From positions 556,450 through 620,449 of the forward strand of contig DASWXP010000002.1 in the NCBI GenBank assembly GCA_036405415.1: DNA of 64,000 nt, in the 5' to 3' direction. Origin of the DNA: Minisyncoccota bacterium. Its GTDB lineage: Bacteria > Patescibacteriota > Minisyncoccia > Phycocordibacterales > Phycocordibacteraceae. Position 1 is the first letter of the stretch. Each line of letters starts with the position of its first letter. The position numbers were made by a program, and so were the translations under genes. The notes under the pieces are model-generated. The model searched no databases. It saw only the letters and a list, made by a program, of their open reading frames with translations, and had not been told where the DNA came from. Shown one piece after another: positions 19,063 through 28,600 of the stretch.

Positions 19063-21588
19063 ATGCCTACTTTCCTCGGTAAACTCTTCTCCAAGAACCA
19101 GTCCCAGGGCTTCGTGAAAGCCGCTGCACCGGTTGTTCAGGCCGCCGCTGCCCTCTCTGACGAGCTTGAGGCGCTTAGCGACCAGGCGCTTAAAGAGCGA
19201 TTTCTCGCCATAAGGAGCCGTGTAGCGGGCGTTCCTGAGGAGACTAAGGATATCGCTGAGACCTTCGCGCTCGTGCGCGAATCAGCACGCCGCACGCTCG
19301 GGGAGCGTCATTACGACGTACAGCTCATCGGCGGACTCGCGCTCGGAAAGGGAAAGATCGCCGAGATGCGCACGGGAGAGGGAAAGACGCTCGTGGCGAC
19401 GCTTCCAGTATCGCTGTTCGCGCTTGCCGGTAAGGGCGTGCACGTCGTCACCGTAAACGACTACCTCGCACGTCGTGACGCAGCTTGGATGGGGCAGGTG
19501 TATGCAGCGCTTGGCCTTTCGGTTGGTGCCGTAACGTCGCAGGGTGCGTACCTCTATGACGCGTCTCATGTTGAGTCTGAGGAAGATAAGGAGCGAGACG
19601 CTGAAGGATCGTTCCGCGTGTTCTATGACTACCTGCGTCCGGTATCGAAGCAGGAAGCATACGCCGCAGACATCACGTACGCGACCAATAATGAGCTTGG
19701 ATTCGATTATCTGCGTGACAATACCGCATACGACGTATCGCAGCTCTCACAGCGCGGCCATCACTACGCTATCATCGACGAGATCGACTCGATACTCATC
19801 GACGAGGCGCGCACGCCGCTCATCATTTCTGGCCCCGCAGGCGACGCCGAAGGTCTGTACGAGCGCTTCGCAGGGATCGCCCGCTCGCTTGTCGAAGGAG
19901 AAGACTACACGGTCGATGAGAAGCAGCGCGCTGTGCAGGTGACCGAAGAGGGTATCCGTAAGGCAGAAGAGGCACTCCATATCGAGAACCTCTACGCAGA
20001 GGGTGGCATGAAGTACGCGCACCATCTTGATACCGCAGTGCGAGCGAAGGCTCTCTTTAAGAAGGACAAGGAATACGTCATTCGCGATAACGGGATCGTG
20101 ATCGTTGACGAGTTCACGGGGCGCCTGCAGCCAGGACGTCGCTGGAGCGAGGGTCTGCACCAAGCCATCGAGGCTAAAGAGGGCGTGCCGATTCAGAAGG
20201 AGACGCGTACGTACGCATCCGTAACGTTCCAAAATTATTTCCGCATGTACGACCGCATTGCGGGCATGACCGGTACGGGTCTTTCCTCTGAGGAGGAGTT
20301 CTTCACGGTGTACGGGCTTGAGGTGGTGCAGGTGCCTACCCATCGCCCGATACAGCGCCGTGACTACGACGATCTCATCTTCCAGAACGTGCCGGGCAAG
20401 TACAAAGCGCTTGCCGCGCATGCCAAGGAGATGCACGAGAAGGGCCAGCCGATCCTCATCGGTACGGTCTCTATCGAGGACAACGAGGTAGTGAGCGAGG
20501 CGCTTACTCAGGCGGGCATTCCGCATGAGGTATTGAACGCAAAGAACCATGAGCGCGAGGGCGAGATTATCGCGAACGCGGGGCGCAGGGGCGCCGTAAC
20601 GGTCGCTACAAACCTCGCAGGTCGCGGCGTCGACATCAAGCTCGGGGGCGCGATTGCTACCCCAGAGGAGCGCGAAGAAGTTCGCTCGCTCGGTGGACTC
20701 GCCGTGCTCGGTACCGAGCGCCATGAAGCCCGTCGTATCGATGACCAGCTCCGTGGCCGCTCTGGCCGTCAGGGCGATCCGGGAGAGACGCGATTCTACG
20801 TGTCGCTCGACGACAAGCTCATGCGCGTCTTCGCATCCGACATGGTGAAGAACGTCATGGGTACGTTCAAGATCCCGGAGGACGAGCCAATACAGAGCTC
20901 GCTCATTACGAAGTCGCTTGAGACCGCTCAGCGCCGTATCGAGGGCTTTAACTTTGATGCGCGAAAGCAGGTACTCTCGTACGACGATGTGCTGAACTCC
21001 CAGCGACTCGCGGTCTATCGCGAGCGCATGACGGCGCTCATGGGCACCGATGAGGAGATCGAAGCCCTGGTACGCGATGCTCTTAATGGAGACGCGGAGG
21101 CGGTCGCTGCGTATGAAGCCAAGCGCGAAGAATACGGACCTGAGGTTTTCGCGACGCTCCTCCGACGCATTGTCCTTCAGGTGACTGATACGCTCTGGCT
21201 CGAGCACCTTGAGACCATGGACTACCTGCGACGCTCCGTATCGCTTCGCGCGTACGGACAGCGCGACCCGCTTATCGAGTATCGAAAGGAGGGACTCGCG
21301 AGGTTCCAGGCGATGCAGGCAGCGGTACGCGCTGCGATCGTTGAAGCTATCCCGCGCATCCGTCCGGCAGATGACGCGCGTATCCGTGCCGAGGAAGAGA
21401 AGACCCGAAGGCAGCTCGTAGCGGCATCCGAAGGGGGCGATGCATCAGTCACAAAGGAGCCGGTCTTGAACGGAAAGGAGTACGGCCGGAATGACGAAGT
21501 GACTATCCGCAAGGGAGACGAGACGCAGACGCTCAAGTACAAGAAAGCGGAGCCGCTGCTCGAGGAAGGGTGGACCATCGTGTCCTAA
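19063..21588 (+). CDS. secA: preprotein translocase ATPase SecA
   Basis: Canonical SecA motifs (GKIAEMRTGEGKTLVATLP, DEIDSILIDEARTPLIISG); ORF-track start 18997 lies inside the upstream terminator hairpin, so ATG 19063 is preferred. Confidence 0.9.
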   Translation: MPTFLGKLFSKNQSQGFVKAAAPVVQAAAALSDELEALSDQALKERFLAIRSRVAGVPEETKDIAETFALVRESARRTLGERHYDVQLIGGLALGKGKIAEMRTGEGKTLVATLPVSLFALAGKGVHVVTVNDYLARRDAAWMGQVYAALGLSVGAVTSQGAYLYDASHVESEEDKERDAEGSFRVFYDYLRPVSKQEAYAADITYATNNELGFDYLRDNTAYDVSQLSQRGHHYAIIDEIDSILIDEARTPLIISGPAGDAEGLYERFAGIARSLVEGEDYTVDEKQRAVQVTEEGIRKAEEALHIENLYAEGGMKYAHHLDTAVRAKALFKKDKEYVIRDNGIVIVDEFTGRLQPGRRWSEGLHQAIEAKEGVPIQKETRTYASVTFQNYFRMYDRIAGMTGTGLSSEEEFFTVYGLEVVQVPTHRPIQRRDYDDLIFQNVPGKYKALAAHAKEMHEKGQPILIGTVSIEDNEVVSEALTQAGIPHEVLNAKNHEREGEIIANAGRRGAVTVATNLAGRGVDIKLGGAIATPEEREEVRSLGGLAVLGTERHEARRIDDQLRGRSGRQGDPGETRFYVSLDDKLMRVFASDMVKNVMGTFKIPEDEPIQSSLITKSLETAQRRIEGFNFDARKQVLSYDDVLNSQRLAVYRERMTALMGTDEEIEALVRDALNGDAEAVAAYEAKREEYGPEVFATLLRRIVLQVTDTLWLEHLETMDYLRRSVSLRAYGQRDPLIEYRKEGLARFQAMQAAVRAAIVEAIPRIRPADDARIRAEEEKTRRQLVAASEGGDASVTKEPVLNGKEYGRNDEVTIRKGDETQTLKYKKAEPLLEEGWTIVS

Positions 21589-21590
21589 GG

Positions 21591-21620
21591 AAAAGCCGCC
21601 ACGAGGGCGGCTTTTCTCTT
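21591..21620 (+). terminator. rho-independent terminator
   Basis: aaaagccgcc-acgag-ggcggctttt followed by ctctttgttc. Confidence 0.6.
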
Positions 21621-21677
21621 TGTTCATAAGAACCTCGATACTAGATAAAGTCAACGTTCCGTGATACGGTGACTCTA

Positions 21678-22658
21678 ATGGCATTTATCGATGAGATGCA
21701 GGTACACGCGGTCGCCGGAAAGGGTGGCAACGGTGTCGTGCGCTGGCTCCACCTCAAGGGCAAGGAGCGCGGCGGCCCTTCTGGAGGCGACGGGGGTCGT
21801 GGCGGCGATATTATCGTTGAGGGGGTTCATGACCTCGCGATCCTCGCTGCATACCGGTACACCAAGCGCATCGCTGCCGAGAACGGAGGTGACGGCGAGG
21901 GTAACGATCGGCACGGCAAGGACGGCGAACCCTACGTTCTCAAGCTTCCGGTAGGGAGCTCGGTCACGGTCTCCTCGACCGGTGAGACCTACGAGATCCT
22001 CGAGGCTGGACAATGCTTTACGGTCCTTAAAGGAGGGTCCGGAGGGTTCGGTAACGCGCACTTCAAAGGGTCTACAAACCAGAATCCTAAGCAGGTTACC
22101 TACGGCCGGAACGGCCAGAGTGGGGATATCCGGGTGAGTCTCAAGCTTATCGCAGACGCAGGCCTGATCGGCTTCCCGAACGCCGGAAAGTCATCCCTCC
22201 TTAACGAACTTACCCGCTCCCGGTCTCGGGTGGGTGCCTATCCCTTCACCACGCTCGATCCGCATTTGGGAGACTTCTACGGCCGTATCTTGGCCGATAT
22301 TCCAGGGCTTATTGAGGGCGCCTCGGAAGGGCGAGGTCTCGGTTCTCGGTTCCTCAAGCACATAGAACGTACGAGATTCCTTGTGCATCTCGTCTCGGCT
22401 GAGCAAGAAGACGTGGTTTCTTCGTATAGGGCCATACGGAAAGAGCTTGAGGCGTTCGGACACGAGCTTTCCGAGAAAGAGGAGCTCGTGGTGCTCTCGA
22501 AGACTGATGTGCTGAGCCCTAGTGAGGTTTTAGAGCGGGTTTCTGCCCTGGAGGCTGTAGCGGGGAAGGGGGTGCTCACCCTTACGATCCTCGACGACAC
22601 CTCGGTTAAGGCCTTCGCGGATGAGCTTACCAAGCGCCTTTCGGCACCGGTTTCCTAG
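21678..22658 (+). CDS. obg: GTPase Obg/CgtA
   Basis: Obg fold N-terminus (FIDEMQVHAVAGKGGNG), GFPNAGKSSLL G1 motif, DIPGLIEGA. Confidence 0.85.
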   Translation: MAFIDEMQVHAVAGKGGNGVVRWLHLKGKERGGPSGGDGGRGGDIIVEGVHDLAILAAYRYTKRIAAENGGDGEGNDRHGKDGEPYVLKLPVGSSVTVSSTGETYEILEAGQCFTVLKGGSGGFGNAHFKGSTNQNPKQVTYGRNGQSGDIRVSLKLIADAGLIGFPNAGKSSLLNELTRSRSRVGAYPFTTLDPHLGDFYGRILADIPGLIEGASEGRGLGSRFLKHIERTRFLVHLVSAEQEDVVSSYRAIRKELEAFGHELSEKEELVVLSKTDVLSPSEVLERVSALEAVAGKGVLTLTILDDTSVKAFADELTKRLSAPVS

Positions 22659-22696
22659 CTGGCGGGCGGGAAGCCTGGCGTGCTAGCATTTCCTTT

Positions 22697-24109
22697 ATGA
22701 GCGCGTACCGCCCGACCATAGGACTTGAGATCCATGCAGAACTCGCCACAGCGACTAAGATGTTCTGTGTCTGTAAGAATGATCCTGAAGAGGCTCGCGC
22801 GAACGCGAATGTCTGTCCGGTGTGCATGGCGCACCCAGGCACACTTCCGGTCCCGAACCGGGAGGCAGTACGCCAGGTGCTTCGGGTCGGTGCGGCGATT
22901 GGCGGCTCGCTCGCGGACTTCAGCGAATTCGATCGCAAGAGCTACTTCTATCCGGACATACCGAAGGGATATCAGATAAGTCAGTTTGAGCACCCACTCG
23001 TGCTCGGAGGAACGCTTGCAGGTGTGGCAGTAACACGCATCCATCTTGAAGAAGACACCGCGCGATCTTCTCATGAGGATGGTGTGAGTCTCGTAGATTT
23101 CAATCGCGCAGGCGTTCCGCTTATGGAGCTCGTTACGGAACCGGTCATCCATGATGCTGAGACCGCAGGTACGTTCGCACGCGAGCTTCAGCTCCTGCTC
23201 CGCACTCTCGGCGCGTCACACGCAAACCTCGAGAAAGGAGAGATGCGCATCGAGGCGAACATCTCTGTCTCCAAGGATGAGTCGTTCGGCACGAAGGTCG
23301 AGGTGAAGAACCTCAACTCGTTCCGCTCGGTCGAGCGCGCCATCGCCTTCGAAGTCGAGCGACAATCAAAGCTTCTCGATGAGGGAGGTGTAGTTGTACA
23401 GGAGACGCGAGGATGGGATGAGAACGGACAGCGCACCTTCTCGCAGCGCCTCAAAGAGGGCAGTGCCGACTACCGGTACTTCCCGGAGCCGGACATCCCG
23501 AAGCTCCTCCTTTCTGAAGAGGCAGAGCTTTCCGCTGATGCGATACGAGCGTCACTGCCGGAGCTTCCATGGCAGCGCCGTGAGCGGTATACGAGTCTCG
23601 GACTCAAGGTCACGGACGCTGTCTATCTTTCTGATACGAATGCACGATCAGAATTCTTCGATGCGGTCCTCACTGAACTCGGATCGAAGCAAGATGATAT
23701 TCTGCTCGCCGCAAACTACCTCATTTCAGATGCTGCCGGATGGTATGCAAAAAACGGAAAGCCTGAATACGAAGGTCTCTCATCTTCAAGCTTCTCGAGT
23801 CTCATACGCCTGGTCTCGGACCAGAAGCTATCTTCAAGGGGGGCGAAGGATGTTCTTGCCCTGATGCTTGAATCTGGAGGAGATCCGGAAACCCTTGCTC
23901 GCGAGCACGGGCTCCTGCAGGTCAGTGACGAAGGAGCGCTTAGGGGGGTAGTAAAGCAGGTAATCGCTGAAAACGAAGCCGCTGTACTTGAGTTCAAGGG
24001 CGGCAAAGAGGCGTCCCTCCAGTTCCTGATTGGCATGTCCATGAAAGCCACCAAGGGTGCTGGTAACCCAGCGTCACTGAAGGCACTTCTCCTGGAAGAA
24101 CTCGCGTAA
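22697..24109 (+). CDS. gatB: aspartyl/glutamyl-tRNA(Asn/Gln) amidotransferase subunit B
   Basis: PTIGLEIHAEL...KMFCVC...NANVCPVCMAHPG canonical GatB N-terminus. Confidence 0.9.
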   Translation: MSAYRPTIGLEIHAELATATKMFCVCKNDPEEARANANVCPVCMAHPGTLPVPNREAVRQVLRVGAAIGGSLADFSEFDRKSYFYPDIPKGYQISQFEHPLVLGGTLAGVAVTRIHLEEDTARSSHEDGVSLVDFNRAGVPLMELVTEPVIHDAETAGTFARELQLLLRTLGASHANLEKGEMRIEANISVSKDESFGTKVEVKNLNSFRSVERAIAFEVERQSKLLDEGGVVVQETRGWDENGQRTFSQRLKEGSADYRYFPEPDIPKLLLSEEAELSADAIRASLPELPWQRRERYTSLGLKVTDAVYLSDTNARSEFFDAVLTELGSKQDDILLAANYLISDAAGWYAKNGKPEYEGLSSSSFSSLIRLVSDQKLSSRGAKDVLALMLESGGDPETLAREHGLLQVSDEGALRGVVKQVIAENEAAVLEFKGGKEASLQFLIGMSMKATKGAGNPASLKALLLEELA

Positions 24110-24122
24110 GGATAAGATAGGG

Positions 24123-24149
24123 AAAAGGCCGGTTTGAAACCGGCCTTTT
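24123..24149 (+). terminator. rho-independent terminator
   Basis: aaaaggccgg-tttgaaa-ccggcctttt. Confidence 0.6.
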
Positions 24150-24188
24150 CTGTTATCAGAACTTCCTTCCAAGTACTGTTTATAAGCT

Positions 24189-25103
24189 ATGTTAACCGAG
24201 GCAAGAAAGCTATATAGTATATGCATGGATGAGATAACTATTGGTGACAAGGTCTATATCTCGTCAAAGCGCGCCGCAAAAATTACTGGTTATGCGAAGG
24301 ACTATGTCGGCCAGCTTTGTCGTGAGGGCAGGGTTGAAGCGCGACTGGTAGGCCGAAACTGGTATGTCCTGGAATCTGCGATCCGTGAGCACCGCTTCGG
24401 TTCTGCGCATGAATCCAGCAATGTAGCAGCTAGCTCTGAGGAGGTTCCTGTTGAGGATAGGGCAAATACGTGGCAGAAACCTACATATATACCTGAAAAT
24501 CCTTTGATGGTGCCAGAACTTGCCCAGAAGCCTGTTCAAGAGCCAGTTTCAAGCCCTGCGATAGCTGATATGCAGTCTGCTTGGAGGGAGTGGTTCTCCG
24601 ATAAGAAGACAGTTGATGCGCTTCCTGACGGATCTGAAGACTTTAAGGACGAATATCTCCCTGTAGTGCTTGAAAGTGCCGAGCCTGTAGAGATAAGAGA
24701 AGAGGAAACCGTAACCCTGCAAAGAATAGAGTCTCCAGTTGAGGCAAAAAAGCCTGAAAGCAGTGAGGAAAGTGAGGTTGAGATTCACAAATCCTACGCC
24801 TCTAGGGAGACGGGAGAGCTGGTACCGCATACCAGCATTCCTGTAGTCGACCTAACACCTAAGAGCCAGGGTAGAAGCAGGCCTGTAAAGCCACTAAATC
24901 CGGCAGCAACCGCTAAAAAACCTTCGGGCAGTGGTGTAACCCGAGCGCTCCTGATTGTTCTCGCTTCGGTAGCAGTGCTAGTAGCTGTTGTAGGAACCGG
25001 TAATGCCGACAGATACATTGGCACTACTAGTACCGATTCAGGACCACAGAAAGCGATTCTGGACTTTCTCGGAGGAAAGAGTAGCTATAAAAGTACCCTA
25101 TAA
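24189..25103 (+). CDS. bitopic membrane protein with N-terminal excisionase-type HTH (HTH_17-like), acidic linker, C-terminal TM helix and short exposed tail
   Basis: KVYISSKRAAKITGYAKDYVGQLCREGRVEARLVGRNWYV matches the HTH_17 pattern and the N-terminus of the giant ORF at 25688; TM ALLIVLASVAVLVAVVG near C-terminus; alternative start ATG 24225. Confidence 0.5.
   Translation: MLTEARKLYSICMDEITIGDKVYISSKRAAKITGYAKDYVGQLCREGRVEARLVGRNWYVLESAIREHRFGSAHESSNVAASSEEVPVEDRANTWQKPTYIPENPLMVPELAQKPVQEPVSSPAIADMQSAWREWFSDKKTVDALPDGSEDFKDEYLPVVLESAEPVEIREEETVTLQRIESPVEAKKPESSEESEVEIHKSYASRETGELVPHTSIPVVDLTPKSQGRSRPVKPLNPAATAKKPSGSGVTRALLIVLASVAVLVAVVGTGNADRYIGTTSTDSGPQKAILDFLGGKSSYKSTL
24213..24218 (+). 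promoter_or_regulatory. -10-like hexamer TATAGT 6 nt upstream of ATG 24225
   Basis: gctatatagtatatgc-ATG. Confidence 0.3.
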
Positions 25104-25147
25104 AATATAGATATCTCGTCTCGTATCAAAGAGATTAGATAAAACGT

Positions 25148-25183
25148 ATAGAACACCCTCAACTTATGTTGAGGGTGTTCTAT
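25148..25183 (+). repeat. perfect 16-bp inverted repeat, 4-nt loop
   Basis: atagaacaccctcaac-ttat-gttgagggtgttctat. Confidence 0.45.
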
Positions 25184-25310
25184 CAATTTAGATCAGCTAA
25201 ATAAAGGCTAACCACTAGCAAATATGTACAAAAAGTCATTCTGTAGGAATTAATACTCCGTAGACGGTCTCTTAATAACTGGCAAAAAATTAGAGATTAA
25301 GAGCAATTAA

Positions 25311-25348
25311 CGAGCCCTACATACCTATATATAGATATGTAGGGCTCG
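25311..25348 (+). repeat. 38-bp near-perfect palindrome centred on CTATATATAG
   Basis: cgagccctacata-c-ctatatatag-a-tatgtagggctcg; candidate operator. Confidence 0.45.
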
Positions 25349-25687
25349 TACAAATTAAACTTCTGCGCGCAATTACTAATAAATACTTAGTTAGTCCGAA
25401 TAACCGATACGCTCCTATATATAATTGTCTACTTACACACGAAACTAGTTCTGGTAGGAATTTTGTATCCCTTCTGTTGCAAGGGAGTTGAATCTAAGGG
25501 TGGTAATTCTCTTGGATTTGAGTTTAGTGTCTATGCTGCGATGAATTTTTTCGTAATCAGTAGTAATGGATCTTGTTGGCAATTTTTTTCATGATGAGTG
25601 CCTGAAGAATATCCACAAAGAAACATACTAATTAAAAGAAATATCAAGGTAAACTGTAGTTAATTCGGATATCCGACCTACTGCACC

Positions 25688-28600
25688 TTGAACAAACTTC
25701 TTCAAGAAAAATTAATTTCTACGAAAGACGCCTCTGCTCTTTCTGGATACACTTCCGACTATCTTTCACGGCTATGTCGCGAAGGAAAGATTGATGGCAC
25801 GCAGGTCGGAAGAACATGGCTTGTAGATCGTGATTCGCTTGAGAAGTTTATTGCAACGCAGATTGATCGAAAGGCTGAGCTTGCAGAATCGCTTGCACGC
25901 GAGCGCGAGCGCGAGTATCGCTTGAGCAACACGAAATCCATCTCGATGACTCGTTCGATGGAGCGGGGAACGCGGGATGCGGTCAACTCTGTGGTTGCAG
26001 CGTTTGCAAAGGCACGGCTGCCTCACGGTATGCCGGCATTCTCAGGGACTGCTGTTGCTATGGCACTTACCGCAATCGTACTTGCTGGTAGCGCAGCAGC
26101 CGCAGGATCTGGAGTGGTCGCGCGCATGGGTGCCGGTCTTCTCGCGGCAGCGCTCGAGGCTCGAGTCCAGGTACTTGAAGGAGCACACTCACTTGCGATT
26201 GATTCATTAGCGCATCGAGAGACGCTTGCAGAGACAGCGCGCGAAGACCTTGCGCTTGATGAGAATGCATTTGCAAACGTGCAGAGCATAAAGCTTGAAG
26301 AAGTGTCTTCGGCACTTACGCTAGCGATGCGCGACGTGCATGCCCCCGTAGCCCCAACGCAGATTGCATACGAGCGCGCAGAAGAAATCTCTGCTACCTA
26401 TGCGAGCGATACTACGTTTGCAGAAAGCGCAAAGGCAATTGGATCGGCAGTACAGAATCCTAACGTTACAGCCTCTGTTGTGGCTGATGGTCTTATGCGC
26501 ACCTACGCATCGGTTGGTGCGCTTGCGCTCCGCGACATTGAGACGACGCTAAGCGCACATGAGGATGCGGTCACTGCAGCAGGCGAAGGATTGTTCGCGC
26601 TAAGCACCGGCATGCGCGATGGTGCACGTACGCTACCGCTTGCGGTAGGAAGTGCTTTCATAAGAGCGAGCGACGCGTCATTGAGTCTCTACGAACAGGG
26701 TGTCTATGGGTTCGCAGCGCTCTCCCAGGATGTCCCGCATACTCTCGTTGCTGCAGCGCTCGATACTGGCTCCATGGTTGGGGGACTCACACAGCTTGCG
26801 GTCACAGCTGCCCCTCGAGCGTATGAAGATGGGATGATTTCATTCAGTGAGGAGACCTCGCAGCTTGGAATGCGCATATCTGAAGGATCCTTTGCGCTCG
26901 GGGCCAATTCACACGGTCTCGTTTCAGGCCTCTTGATCGCTGAAGACCGCGCAATCGCAGGATTCATGCGCTCTGCTAGCGATACGGTTGCTCTAGCTCC
27001 CGCAGGTACCGGAAGCGCTTCAGCACAGCAGGGAATCGATCTGGTACCAAGCGCCATAACGAACGAAGTGCTGGGAATCGTAGGCAATATCGCGCTCTCG
27101 ATCGAGAACCTGGAGGGAGACATGCTTACCGCGTCTCCGCTCGCGTCTCTTAACCTCGACGCATTCGTTCCAGGATTCCTCAAGAATGTGACCGCGGTGC
27201 TTGCTCGCGCATTTGATAGCGCGCTCCATGGAATCCTCGGACCGCTCGCGGGCTTCTTTGGCGCAGGCGAAGAGGCGGGCATCGCGATCATTCCTGGAGA
27301 CGGTGCGAACATCCCGGGTCCTGGTGACCGCGGCTCGAGTGAGGCTTCGATCGTGTACAACGGGCCGGTAACAATCATCCGTAATGAGTATCCTTCCGTA
27401 ACCTACGGAGGTGTACCTCAGGCATACGTCGATGAACGATTCGACTTCCTCCGTCGCACGCTCTACAACCGCATCGAAGACGTTGCTGATGACGATGATG
27501 TCGGCATCACGACGCTCGACGGCCAGACCGGCAATGACATGTTGCTTAATAATCCGACGATCGTCGGAGGGACCATCACCGACAGCGAACTCGATGTCGC
27601 AACCTCGACCGTAACCGGCTCGTTCACCGTAAACGGGAACGCATCGATCACCGGCGACCTCACTGCTACGAATGCAACCACGACGAATTTCTACGCGACT
27701 GCCGGCTCCTTCGCCTCGGCGACCATCGATGTGCTTACCGCGCCGTCTGCGACCATAGCGAATCTCATCGTCACGAACAGCACCACCACGAACGCGACGT
27801 CGACCAATCTCTACGTTTCCAATCTCGCAGGCCTCGTAGCGACGATTACCGATGCGTTCTTTACGAACGTCACCGCATCGCTCGCGACGCTCACGAACGC
27901 GGTCGTAACGACGCTCACCGCTACGAATGCGACACTCACGAACGCCACGTCGACCAACGCGACCACCACCGGGTCGCTCGCGCTTACGTACGTGACCCCG
28001 TCACGCCTCCTGTCCGTAGACGCGTTCGGGAAAGTCGTCGCGACCAATCTCGCGTCATGGGTAACCGGCTCAGCGAACCAGATCACGGTGACGGATACGG
28101 GCGCAGGCGGCATCCAGCTCTCGCTCCCGTCAGTACTCGTCTTCGGCACATCCTCTCCGACCACGCTTGCCGGAAACGGCGCTACCAGCACCTTCGGCGG
28201 CGGCATCTACGCGCCGCGCATCGAGGCGGGAGAGTACATCGCAGGCCCGTACGTCCTCGCCACCTCGACCACCGCAACCTCGGCGTTCTCAGGCAACATA
28301 GCGATCGGTCGGAACGCCACGATCGGTACCAGCGCGTCCGATTCGCTCGTCGTGAATGCGACCGTCGGCTCTAACTTCGTCCCGTCTCTTAATAACGCGT
28401 ACGATCTTGGCTCCGCCGCGAATAACTGGCGCCGTATCTACGTAGATGAAGTGGTAGCGAACAACCTCTCCGCAGCGTCCACCTCGATCGCAGGGACGGT
28501 ATCGAGCGACTTCTCCATAAACTCTGATAACGCTTCGAACGATACGGAGGACATGAGCCTCACGTTCAATCGCGGCGTCGCGTCCCCGAACGCTATCCTC

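Larger units (their letters stand above)
25104..25687 (+). promoter_or_regulatory. 584-bp AT-rich non-coding region upstream of giant gene, carrying two long palindromes
   Basis: No credible ORF; strongly AT-biased relative to flanks. Confidence 0.4.

Noticed and set aside
18639-19094. 151-aa minus-strand ORF
   Set aside because: Antisense to the Lys-rich histone-like sORF (AAG/AAA codons read as CTT/TTT) and to the terminator and secA leader. Phe/Ala-rich nonsense composition.
19747-21207. 486-aa minus-strand ORF
   Set aside because: Antisense to secA; no recognisable motifs.
25104-25687. AT-rich island as a mobile-element remnant or phage attachment site
   Set aside because: No integrase, transposase, terminal inverted repeats matching each other, or target-site duplications are visible. 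Flanking genes are intact. A regulatory region is the simpler explanation.
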